Source: the human T2T-CHM13v2.0 reference genome, Homo sapiens. From it: a stretch of DNA of 64,000 nucleotides. The notes beneath the pieces were generated by a model. The model did no database searches and was not told where the DNA came from. It saw only the letters and a list, made by a program, of their open reading frames with translations. The DNA lies in NCBI RefSeq assembly GCF_009914755.1, contig NC_060926.1; one strand, written 5' to 3'. The translations under genes were made by a program, and so were the position numbers. This document shows positions 13,295 to 25,810 of the stretch, piece by piece (the stretch's first letter is position 1; each line of letters starts with the position of its first letter).

Positions 13295-15163
13295 TTTAAA
13301 ATTAATTTTATTCTCTTTGGACATATGCCCAGGACTGGAACTACTGGATCATATGGTCATTCTATTTTAAATTTTTTGAGGAACCTCCATACTGTTTTCC
13401 ACAGTGGCTATAGTAATTTGCATTACCACCAACAAGGTACAAGTGTTTCCTTTCCTCCACCTCCTCTCCAACACTTACCTTTGTCTTATAGATAATAGCC
13501 ATTCTATCAGATATAAGGTGATAATCTCATTATGGTTTGCATTTACGTGATTATTAGTAATGTTGAACATTTTTTTCATATACCTGTTGGCCATTTGTAT
13601 GTATCATTCTGAGAAATGTTTACACAGATACTTAGCTTATTTTTAAATTGAATTATTTGATTGGTTTTGCTATTGAGTTTGAGTTATTATATGTATTGAA
13701 TATTAAATCCTTTCAGATATATAGTTCACAACTATTTTCTCACATTTTACAGGTTGTCTTTTCCCTCTGTTGATTGTTTTCCACGGCTGTGCAGAAAATT
13801 TGTAGCTTGATGTAATCCTATTTACTAACTTTGTGTTTGTCGCTTGTGCTTTTGAAGACCTATTTTTTTTGTCTCTTCCCTCTGTTGATTGTTTTCCATG
13901 GCTGTGCAGAAGCTTTGTAGCTTGATGTAATCCTATTTACTAACTTTGTGTTTGTTGCTTGTGCTTTTGAAGACCTATTTTTTAAAAAGTACTGCCAAAA
14001 ACAATATCAACAATGTTTTTCATTTTTTTCTCTAGTTTTACAGTTTCAGATGTTACGTTTAAGTTTTTAATTCATTTTGAGTTCATTTATGTATACAGTG
14101 TGAGAAGAAGGCCTAATGCCTTCTTCTGCCTGTGGATATCCAGATTTCCCAACACCATTTATTAAAGAGACTGCCCTTTCCCTGTTATGTGTTCTTGACA
14201 GCTTTGTCAAGAACAAATATGACCATACATATGTAAATTTATTTCTGGGCTCTTTATTCTTTTCCTTGGTCGATATGGCTGTTCTTAGTCCAGTAACATG
14301 CTAATTTGATTATTATTGCTTTGTAGTATGTTTAAAATCAGGTAGTATGATGCTTCCAACCTTGTTTAGTTTGCTCATGATTTGACTATTCAGGGTCTAT
14401 TGTGGTTCCAAATAAATTTTAGGCTATTTTTCTATTTCTGTATAAAAAGTAATGGAAATTTTGGCAGGGATTTCATTCAATCTGTAGATCACTTGGGATA
14501 GTATGTGTGTTATAACAGTATTAATCCTTTTAATTCATGAACACAGGGCATCTTTCCATTTTTTTGTTTCTTTTTCACTTCATACATTTATTGAAACAAT
14601 TATATTGTTTTTGTCTTTCGTTACGTTAATGTGGCATATCACATATATTAATGTGTGTATGTTAAACTGTCCTTGCAATCCTAGGAACACATAATCATGG
14701 TGAATGATATATTTTTTGATGTGTTGTTGAGTTTGGTTTACTAGTATCTTGTTGAGGATTTTTGCATCTATGTTTATCAGGCATATTGGTCAATAATTTT
14801 TTTCGCTTGTAGTGTCCTTGTTTGGCTTTGGTATGAGATTAAGGCTGCCTTCATTAAATGAGTTTGAAAGTGTTCCTTTAAAAAAACGTGTAAGATTTTG
14901 AGAGGGATTGGCATTAATTCTTTACATATTTGGTAGGATTTAGCAGGAAAGTAATCAGGTCCTGGAAATTCCTTTGTTGGGAGGTTTCTGAAACTGATTC
15001 AATATCTTTAATTCTGATTATTCTGTTCAAATTTTCTGTGTCTTCATAGTTCGATCTTGGTAGGTTGTATGATCTTAGGAATTTATCCATTACTTCTAGG
15101 TTACACAGTTTGTTGGTATATAATTTTTTATAGTAGTCACTAATGGTCTCTTTTATTTCTGTG
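13295..15163 (-). mobile_element. L1MA ORF2 fragment
   Basis: ORF 14914..15177 ([30 protein letters not shown]) is L1 ORF2p-like; internal deletion near 14575. Confidence 0.88.
13756..13983 (+). repeat. 115-bp tandem duplication inside L1
   Basis: GTCTTTTCCCTCTGTTGATTG...GAAGACCTATTTTT at 13756, repeated at 13871 with few substitutions. Confidence 0.92.
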
Positions 15164-15164
15164 G

Positions 15165-18100
15165 GCACCAGACCCATACACCCACTGGCTCAGGCACTGA
15201 TGTTGCCCACTCAGTGACTCACATAGCAAGCCTGCCTTCATATCTTGCCAAATGACTTGCTCAGGATCTCTGGGTAGACTGACTGGTATAGGGCTTTTCC
15301 TGCTATAGCCAGACTATAAAGACTGGAAGAAGTGTCTTCTTCTCTAAATGTGCAGATCCCAGCACAAAGCCACAAGGACTGTGAATAATCAGGGAAAATA
15401 ACACCATCAAAGGAACAAAATAAAGCACCAGTAACTGATCTTGAAGAAATGGAGATCTACAAATTCCTTGAGAAGTAATTCAAAATAATGTTCAAAAAGC
15501 TCAATGAGCTATAAGAGAACAAAAATAGACAACTAAGTAAAGCTTTTTGAAAAAAGGACTGAAAATCTGGAGGGGGCATTAAGATGGCTGACTAGAAGCA
15601 TGTGTTACTTGCCTCCTCCAGAAAGACCAAAATAGCAAGTAGATAATTACACTTCAAATAGACCATGTAAGAGAGAACACTGTAATTTAACAGAGAAAAG
15701 ACAGGAAATACCTTAAGTAAAAAAGAAGAGAGACGTGAGGCAGCCTGCTTAGTTGAGATCAGGTGGGATCCTGGGTCCCATGCAGGTAAAGGGTAAATGA
15801 GAGAACCCTGGTGATCTACCTTCCCACAGCAGACTCCACCAATCCTAGCCATGGGAGAGCCCATAGACCTTCATAGGCTCTGAGACTAACATAGGGAGCT
15901 GCCAAGAGACCACACAAAGGCATGACTCCAGAGAGGGAAGCTCACACTGGGTCAAATAGCCTCTGAGTCTTAAGCAGCTACAGCAAGGCATAATATTAAA
16001 AGCCCAGTCCCCATCAGACTAAATCCTGCTTGAGTGCCCAGTGGCCCCCATATCCCCATATTTCTGGAGCCCCATTGACATTTCTGCCCTCAGCCACTGA
16101 TGCAGTTGACTGCTGCTGTCAAAGCTGAATTACCAATCCTGCTACCCCCAACAGCAAAGCTGTCATGTATTTTCACGTGCACTGAGAACAAACCCTCCTC
16201 CCTACAGCAACAGTTGCTACAGGCTTCCACTGCTGGGGCCAAAGCACAAATGAAATGCATGCTCTCCAGACATCTGCATATGCCTAAGGCCACTGAAAGC
16301 AATCCCACCCTGTGCTGCCCCAACTCTAGCATTCTACCAAGGTGTTAAGTATTACCCCATCCTGCTTACAATAGCCAGCTCTTGCTTGCGACACTGCGGG
16401 GCAGGGTGGGGGCATCGGGGGCTGGTGGTTGGAGCTAAGTACTGGTTTGCCCAGCCCAGTGTCATCCCCCGAGTCCCTGAGCAAGTTGGCTGGAGGCCTG
16501 GGGACAACCCAGCTTAGTCTGCTACCATTGGCCCACCTGTGGGACTGGGGACTGGCTCACCCAGCCCATTACAACCACCACCAACAGTGTGGATCATTTG
16601 GGAGTCATAGAGTTGTCCTGCCACTGTTACTGCCATGATGCATGACATGTCTGCTACCCAGGGGCCTGAGATTCTGCCCACCCACCTGACCCACAGCTGC
16701 CACTACTGGCACCTGAGCAAGCTGCTTGGAAGCCCCAAAATTGCTCTGCATGAACCCACTGACACCAGTGCCACTCTGTGCCACCCTGGGGCTCAAGAAC
16801 AGGTATGCTCAGCACACTCTGGCACCACTGAGGCCCACAGACAGGCCCACCTAGCATCCTTATTCCCAGGAAAGCTGTAACAAAGTCTCCACTAACAACT
16901 TCACCCTAAGTTACTGAGGAAATTACAGATACCACTGATGCTGTTTACAGCCGAAAAAAATCATAAAAGTCTATATTACTGCATGCATCCAGAATCAAAG
17001 CCAAAGTACCTTACTCAAAAAAACACCATAGATACATCTTCAGAAAAAAAGTCCTGTTTTACAAAAGCAAATTCAAAATAATTGGAATAAGTGCCTGTTA
17101 CACCAGATGCACAGATATCAATGTAAAGACACAAGAAAGATGAAAATTCAAGGAAATATAATACTTCTAAAAGAACAAAATAATTATCCAGCAATAGATC
17201 CCAATGAAAAATAAATTTACAAAACCCTGGAAAATAATTTAAATTATTATACTGAAGAAGCTCAGTGAGATGCAAAAGAATATAGAAAAAATAAGAGAAT
17301 ACAGAAAAGTAACAAAGAAATCAGAAAAAACAGTTCCATATATAAATGAGAAATTAACCAAAAAAAAACCTGAATAGCCGTACCATTCTGATAAAAAAGA
17401 ACAAAGCTGGAAGCATCACACTACCTGGTTTCAAAATATATTAAAATACTATAGTAACAAAAACAGCGTAACATTGCTATAAAAACAGACACGTAGGCCA
17501 ATGGGCGAAAACAGAGAAACAAGAAATGAATCCACATATTTACAGACAACTAATTTTTCATGAAGGCACCAAGAATGTGCATTGGGAAAAGGACACCCTC
17601 TCTAGTAAATGATGCTGGAAAAATTAGATACTCGTGTGAGGAAGAATACAAGTGGACCCCTATCTCTCACCATATACAAGTATTCAAGATGGATTAAAGA
17701 CTTAAACATTAGACCCCAAACTATAAAAATACTAGAAGAAAACATGAAAGACACTTTAGGACATCAGTCTAGGCAAAGATTTTATGGTTAAGACCTCGAA
17801 AGCACATGCAACAAAAATGAAAATAGACAAATGGGACTACATTAAACTAAAATGTCTCTGTAGAGCAAATGAAACAGTTGACAGATTGATCAGACCACAT
17901 GTTGGATTGGAGAAAATTTTAGCAAAGTATTCAGCAAGGGGCTAATATTCAGAATATATAATAAACTTAACTGGAAGAAAATTACGTTTAAATGTGAGCA
18001 AAGGACATGAACAGACATTTCTCAAAAAAAAGACATATAGTTGGCCAACAGGTATATGTAAATATTTTCAACATCAGTAATCATCAGGGGAAGGCAGATC

Positions 18101-19670
18101 AAAATCTCAATGAGACATCATCTCACCTCAGTTAGAATAGCTATAACTAAAAAGACAAAAAATAATAGATACTAATAAAGATACAGAGAAAAGGGAGCTG
18201 TTATACACTGTGGTGCGATTTTGAATTACTCCAGCCACTATGGAAATCAATATGAATATCTCTCGAATAACTGAAAATAGAACTAGCATATGATTCAGCA
18301 ATCCCACTACTGGGTATTTATCCAAAGAAAAAGAGATCAGTAAATCGAAGGGATACCTGCACCCCCCCCATGTTTACTGAAACACTATTAACAATAGTAA
18401 AGATATAAAATCAACCTAAGTTTCCATCAGTGCATAAAGAGATTAAAAAATGCATACAATATACACAAAAATATACACACAATATAATACTATGTGGCCA
18501 CAGAAAGAGAATAAAATAATGTAATTTGCAACCACATGGATAAAACTGGAAGGCATTATGTTAAGTGAAATAATCCAGTCACAGAAAAACAAATATAGCA
18601 TGTTCTCACTTACATATGGGAGCTAAAAACGTTGATCTCATGGAGGTAGAAAGTTAATGGATGGATACCAGAGACTGGAAAGGGTGTCTGGGTGAGAAGA
18701 AAAAGACAAATTGGTTAATTAGTACAAACATATGGTTAGATAGAAGGAATAAATTATAACATTCAGTAGCAGAGTAGGGTGACTATAGTTAACAATGTAT
18801 TTAGTACATTTCAAAACAGGTAGAGGACTTGAAATGTTCTCAACACATAGAAATTATAAATATTTGAACTGACAGATATCCTAAATACTCTAACTTGAAT
18901 ATTACAGTCTATGAATGTAACAAAATACCACATGTACCCCATAAAGATGTACAAAGCTTATATACCAATATAAATGAATACATTAAATACATTTAAAAGA
19001 ACATTAACAGAATTAGAAGTTCAATAAAAAGATAAAACCCATAACAAATGGAAAATTCTTAAACGAAGAACACAATGACTGAAGTGAGAAATTCAGTAGA
19101 GAGTTTCAATAGCAGACTTAAGCAAAAGAGTCAGTCATCTCAAAGCAAGGTATTTGAAATTATCTTGCCAGGGGAAGAAAAACTTTAAAAACAAACAAAA
19201 AAGAATAAAAAAGAGAAAAGAATGATTATGAACCTATGAGACACTGCCAAGCCTACCAACATATACATTATGGGAATATCAGAAAGAGTGGAGAAAGACA
19301 AAGGGAAGGCAGTTTATTTTAAAATGTAATACATGACAACCTCCCAAACTGGGAAAGAAAAATGACCATACAGATCCATAAAGGCTGAAGAATCCCACAA
19401 TGATTAAATATAAATAGATTTCCACTGAGAAACATTAGAAACAAATTACAGAAATTCAAATGCAAAAAGATAATTTTGAAACCCTCTGAGAAAAGCAGCT
19501 TGTCACTTACATGAAACACCCCCTCCCTCCTTAACACTATCAGCAGAATTCTCAGAAGAAATCTTGCATGATAGGACAGTGGGAAGATACTCAAAATGCC
19601 AAAACAAAACAACAAAAAAACCCTCAAAAAACTGTCAACCAATAATACTGTTCCTAGCAAGGCTGTCTCT
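15165..19670 (+). mobile_element. Old L1M 5'UTR/ORF1 segment (15165-15545 and about 18997-19670), split by a younger L1MA
   Basis: ORF1-type text GAAATGGAGATCTAC...GACAACTAAG resumes as GAAGTTCAATAAAAAGATA...TTCAATAGCAGACT. Confidence 0.7.
15568..18995 (+). mobile_element. L1MA-type element retaining 5' end and 3'UTR, with a large internal deletion
   Basis: Starts GGAGGGGGCATTAAGATGGCTGACTAG; long GC-rich 5'UTR; ORF1 start; jump at about 17365 to late ORF2 (GAACAAAGCTGGAAGCATCACACTACC); L1MA 3'UTR to about 18990. Confidence 0.82.
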
Positions 19671-20910
19671 TCACATGTCTAGTAATTAAGTAATTTTTTA
19701 TAGTATGCCACACATTACATGTGAAATAACTGTAGAGGCCCTTCATGATGATACGTTTAACCAGAGATTGCTTCATTTTTCTGTTGTTATGAAGAGAGAG
19801 TGAGGGTTGATCTGAGTGCTCAGTTCAGCCAAGGTTTGCACTGTATTGGTTTGATTTTAGTTTAAAAGATTCAGAGTATTTCTGGTTGATTTCTGTTTCT
19901 ATGAAATTATTCTCCACAAATTGTTTATTGAAAGTCTTGTGAATATTTATCTCCTTGGCCATGAAAACTGAAGAGATTCATTCCTCATCTTCAGGGGTTT
20001 ACAGCTCACATCTTTGGCCTCCTACCCCAAAATGTCTTCAAAATTTGGTAAATATCTTGAGCAGAATAGCAGTGTTTTGGGGGTAGACTGCTTCTTTTGG
20101 AAGATTTTTTTTTTTCTAAATAAGAAGATGTGGATACTTCTATTCTGTTTTTAAAAATCTATCAGTCTTCTCTCCCCAGCCTTGATGTAGCCCTGGCATT
20201 CAGTAAACATTTTGTGGAGAAAACTAGCCATGGATTTAAAGCCTCTTGAGTTTTCAGCATGGTTCCTATCCCTGTGTAGAGCTACTAAAAACTTTTCTAG
20301 TTACTCTTTTTCATAGTAGAGTCTCTCTCTCTTTGGCTCAATACTTAGCAGATGCCCCAAACTGTCAAATGCTCTGAAGAAAAAAAATAAATGTTAGTCA
20401 TAATCACTTTATTTCAAGATAGTTCTCTCCATTCTGGAATTTTAGTGCATTTAGTTTTTGTGATTCATGATGCATGTGAGGTCTTATGAATTATTATTTC
20501 TCCACTTTGATTGGGATTACGCTTAGAAAGTTCTTCTCAATGCTAAGATTTAAAAAGTAAGGCACCTGTATTTACTCCTGGAACTTTTATGTTTAAATCT
20601 CATATTTATATACAAAATTGTAATAATAATCCAGATTTCTCTCCTCACTCAAATGGCTAATTATCCCAACATAATGTCTTAAGAATGTTTTTACTCACTG
20701 ATTTAAAATACCTTTATTTTTACCATGTATTAAATTCAGATGTGTACTCACATGTTATTAAGGAACCTATTGTTTTTATTTCTCTTTTTTTTCAGGATCT
20801 TAAAATATATATTTTAATTATCAATTTGTGATATATTTTAGTATCCAGAAATATTAATTTTCTCTTTTTGGCCTAGTTATTAAAATAAATTAGGACTTTT
20901 GGATGGTATT

Positions 20911-21278
20911 TTTTATGGTTTGGCTCTGTGTTCCCAAACAAATCTAATCTCAAATTGTAATCCCCATGTGTCAGGTGGGAAACCTGGTGAGAGTGATGGG
21001 ACCGTGGAGGTGGTTTCCCCCATGCTGTTCTCAGGACAGTAAGGGAGTTCTCATGAGATTTGATGGCTTAAAAGTGTCAGTTTCCCCTGCACTCTCTCCC
21101 CCTCTCTCCTGTTGCCTTGTGAAGAAAGTGCCTGCTTCCCTTTCACCTTCCACCATGATTGTAAGTTTCCTGAGTCCTCCCCACACATGAGGAACTATAA
21201 GTCAATTAAACCTCTTTCCTTCATAAATTACCCAGTCTCACACAGTTCTGTATAGCAGTGTGAGAACAGACTAATGCA
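20911..21278 (+). mobile_element. THE1 (THE1D-like) MaLR solo LTR
   Basis: TATGGTTTGGCTCTGTGTTCCC...CAATTAAACCTCTTTCCTTCATAAATTACCCAGTCTC...GACTAATGCA. Confidence 0.9.
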
Positions 21279-24202
21279 TTATTACATTTAGATTCAGAAT
21301 GATATATTCATAAAAAGATAACAAGAAGAATGAAGAGACACAATATTCCAAGTGTAATTGGCTAATTATTTTTTTTTAGGTGTCGATTAAGGAAACATTA
21401 GTAAAGCAATACAGGTGTAAAAATGCATGGACTTTATTACGAGATAAGATTAAAAAGGTATGCTGAGATTAGGAGTGAGTAACATATTTGGCTCTCTGTC
21501 CGTAAACTCACTCTTGGTTACACTGGCAAATTACCCCAAATTGTAGCATCCTAACACAATAAAAGTTGAATCCTTATTCAGGAAAAGTTCACTGTGGTTC
21601 CTATGGCCTTTCCTGGGGTTCTCTATCATTAGTGAATTTAACAATCCAAATTCTTTCCATTATCTGATTTCACTCTCTTAGCATCCTTCAACTGCTCAGA
21701 TATGGTGAAGGAGCAAGAACATGGGGGAGTTGATGAGGTATTTTAGGAGCAAGTGTTGATGAAGCATAAACCTCTGATTCTTAATGATTTACTAAAAATA
21801 ATAGAAGGAAATTAAAGATACATACAATATAAATCCACTTTTATATTTTTTATATTTTATATTTAATAGATACAAAATTACTTTATTAAATTGTGATAAA
21901 AGTTTTTAAATTGCTACTCTCAATTGTTTTTTAACTTTCAGTTTCAGGGGTACATGTGCAGGTTGATTCTATAGATAATTTGCAAAATATGGGGGTTTAG
22001 TGTACATATTATTTCATCACCCAGTTAACAACCATGATACTCAACAAGGAGCTTTTCAGTCCAACCCTCCACCTTGAAATAGGCCTGGGTGTCTATTGAT
22101 TCCTTCTTTGTGTCTGTGTGTACTGAGTGTTTTGCTCCAACTTATAAGTAAGAACATGTGGGGTTTGGTTTTCTGTTTCTGCATTAGTTTGCTTAGAAGG
22201 ATGGCCTCCACCTCCATCTATGTGGCTGCAAAAGACGTGATTTTCTTCATTATTATTACCGCATAGTATTCCATGGTGTATATGTAAACATTTTTCTTTA
22301 CTCAGTCCACCACTGATGGGCATTTAGGTTTATTCCATTTCTTTGCTATTGTGAATAGTGCTGCGATGAACATATGTACACATGTGTCTTCATAGGAGAA
22401 CAATTTATATTCCTTTGAGTATATACTTAATAATGGGATTGCTGGGTCAAATGGTAGTTCTGTTTTATGTTTTTTGAGAAATTGCCAAACTCCTTTTCAC
22501 AGTGGCTGAATTAATTTACATTTCTATCAGCAGTGTGTAAGTGTTCTCTTTTATCTGCAGCCTTGCCAGTACTTGTTATTTATTGACATTTTAATAATAG
22601 CCATTCTGACTGGTGTGAAATGTTATCACCTTGTGGTTTTGACTTGCATTTCTCTAATGATTAATGATGTTGAACATTTTTTCATATGCTTATTGGCCAC
22701 ATATATGTCTTCTTTTGAAAAGTGTCTGTTCATGTCCTTTGTTCACTTTTTAATGGACTTGTTTGGTTTTTGCTTGTTAATTCATTTAAGTTTCTTACAG
22801 ATTCTGTATAGGTGACCTTTATTAAATTCATGGTTTGCAAAAATTTTTTTCCCATTTTGTGGGTTATCTGTTTATATTGTTGATAGCTTCTTTTGCTATA
22901 CAGAAGCTCCTTAGTTTAATTTGGTTTCATTTGTCTATTTTTGTTTTTGTTTCAATTGCTTTTGGCATCCTCATTATAAAATCTTTGCCAGGGCCTAGGT
23001 CTTGAATGGTATTTCCTAGGTTTTCTTGAAGGGTTTTTTATAATTCTATGTTTCACATTTAAGTCTTTAATCCATCTTGACTTGATTTTTGTATATGTTA
23101 GAATAAGGAGGATCCAGCTTCAATCTTCTGCACGTGGCTATCCAGTTATCTCAGTGCAATTTACTGAATATAAAGTCCTTTCTCCATTGCTTGTTTTGGT
23201 CAGCTTTGTCAAAGAATAGATGGCTGTAGGTGTGCTGTCTATTCTGTTCCATTAGTCTCGGTTTTTGTACCAGTGCCATGCTGTTTTGGTTACTGTAGAC
23301 TTGTAGTATAGTTTGAAATTGGATAATATGATGCCTCCAGCTTTGTTATTTTGTTTAGAATTGCATTAACTATCCATGCTCTTTTTTGGTGCCATATAGT
23401 TTTCAAAATAGTTTTTCTAATTCTGTGAAAAATGTCATTGGTAGTTTGACAGGAATAGTGTCAAATCTATAAATTGCTTTGGGCAATGTGGCCTTTTAAA
23501 CGATATTTATTCTGCCTATGCATGAGCATGGAAAGTTTTTTTCATTTGTTTGTGTCATCTCTGATTTCTTTCAGCAGTGTTTTATAATTCTCATTGTAGA
23601 GCTCTTCTACTTTCCTAATGAGCTGTATTCACAGGTATTTTATCTTTTTGTGGCTATTTTCAAAAGGACTGCATTCTTTATTTGTCAATCAGCTTGGGCA
23701 TTATTTGTGTACATAAATGCTATTGATTTTTGTACATTGATTTTGTATCCTGAAACTTTTCTGAAGTTTCATACAAAAAAAGATAATTTGAATTCCTTTT
23801 TTTCTTTGTGGATGTCTTTTATTTCTTTCTCTTGCCTGATGGCTCTGGCTAAGACGTCCAACACTATGTTGAATACGAGTGGTGAGAGTAGGCATGCTTG
23901 TCTTATTTCAGGTCTCAAAGGGGAATGCTTCCAGCTTTTGCACATGCAATATGATGTTGGTTGTGGGTTTATCGTAAATGGCTCTTATTATTTTGAAGTA
24001 TGTTCCTTAAATACCTAGTTTGTTGAGGTTTTTAACATGAAGGAATATTGAATTTTATTGAAAGCCTTTTCCTCATCAGTTGAGATGTTCGTGTGGTTTT
24101 TGGTTTTAGTTGTTTATGTGATTAATCACATTTCTTAATTTACATATATTGAACCAGTCTTGCAGGCCAGGGGTTACACCTACTTATTTGTGGTGGATGA
24201 GC

Positions 24203-24799
24203 TTTTTTTTGTTTTTTTTAATACTTTAAGTTCTGGGATACATGTGCAGAATGTGCAGGTTTGTGACATAGGTATATACATGCCATGGTGGTTTGCTGCA
24301 CCCATCAACCCGTCATCTACATTAGATATTTCTCTAATGTTATTCCTCCCTTAGCCCCCTCCCCCTGACGGGCCCCAGTGTGTGATGTTCCCCTCCCTGT
24401 GCCCACATGTTCTCACTGTTCAACTCCCACTTATGAGTGAGACCATGTGGTGTTTGGTTTTCTGTTCCTGTATTAGTTTACTGAGAATGATGGTTTCCAG
24501 CTTCATCCATGTCCCTGCAAAGGACACGAACTCGTCTTTTTTTTATGGATGCACAGTATTCCGTGGTGTATATGTGCCACGTTTTCTTTATCCAGTCTAT
24601 CATTGATGGGCATTTGGGTTGGTTCCAAGTCTTTGCTATTGTTAATAGTGCTGCAATAAACATACGTGTGCATGTGTCTTTATAGTAGAATGATTTATAA
24701 TCCTTTGAGTATATACCCAGTAATGGGATTGCTGGGTCAAATGGTATTTCTGGTTCTAGATCCTTGAGGAATCACCACACTTTCTTCCACAGTGGTTGA
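24203..24799 (-). mobile_element. Younger L1PA (PA7-like) 3' fragment nested in old L1
   Basis: ACTTTAAGTTCTGGGATACATGTGCAGAATGTGCAGG...; ORF 24478..24663 is the ORF2p C-terminus. Confidence 0.9.
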
Positions 24800-25540
24800 T
24801 ATGCTGCTGAATATGGTTTGCTATTATTTTGTTGAGAATTTTTGCATCTATGTTCATCAAAGGTGTTGGCCTGACATTTTCTTTTTTTGTTGTGTCATTG
24901 CCAGCTGTGGGCATCAGGATGATGCTGGGCTCATAAAATGACTTAGGGAGGAATCTCTCCGCTTCAATATTTTGCTATAGTTTCAGTAGAAATGTTACCA
25001 GTTGTTCTTTATATGTTTTGCAGAATTCAGCTGTAAATTCATCCAGATCTGGGCCATTTCTGGTCAGTAGGCTTTTGGTACTGATTCAGTTTCAGAACTT
25101 GTTATTGGTCTGTTTAGGGATTCGATTTCTTTCTGGTTCAGTCTTGGGAGGCTGTTTGTTTATGAGAATGTATCCATTTCTTCTAAGTTTTCTAGTTTTT
25201 GTGCAGAGAGGTACTCATAATGTCTCTCTCTCTTTTTTTTTTTTTTTGTATTTCTGTGGTATCTGTGGTGATGTCTCCTTTGTGATTTCTGATTATGTTT
25301 ATTTGGATCTCTCTCTTTTTTTTTTTTTTTTAGTCTAGCTAGTGGTCCATCTATCTTATTAATTCCTTCAAAGAACAAACCTCTGATTTCATTGATCTTT
25401 TGTATTTTTTTCACATCTGAATTTCATTCAGTTCAGATCTGATTTGGGTTATGTTTTCTGCTAGCTTTGAGGTTGGTTTGCTATTTTTTGTTTCTAGCTA
25501 CTCAAGATTTGATGTTAGGTTGTTAATTTGAGATCTTTCT

Positions 25541-25810
25541 TCTTTTTATTTTCTGAGACAGACTCTCACTCTGTCACCCAGGCTGGAGTGCAATGGCATG
25601 ATCTCAGCTTACTACAACCTCTGTCTCTCAGGTTCAAGTGATTCTTGTGACTTAGCCTTCCAAGGAGCTGGGTTTACAGGCACATGCCACCATGCCGAGG
25701 TAATTTTTGTATTTGTAGTTGAGATGAAGTTTCACAATGTTGCTGAGGCTGGTCTTGAACTCCTGACCTCAGATGATCTACCTGCCTCAGCCTCCCAAAG
25801 TGCTAGAATT
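25541..25810 (-). mobile_element. AluS, about 30 bp 5'-truncated, nested in old L1
   Basis: GAGACAGACTCTCACTCTGTCACCCAGGCTGGAGTGC...CTCCCAAAGTGCTAGAATT. Confidence 0.92.

Noticed and set aside
23518-24018. 166-aa hydrophobic ORF
   Set aside because: Antisense frame of L1 ORF2; the T-rich strand gives spurious hydrophobicity
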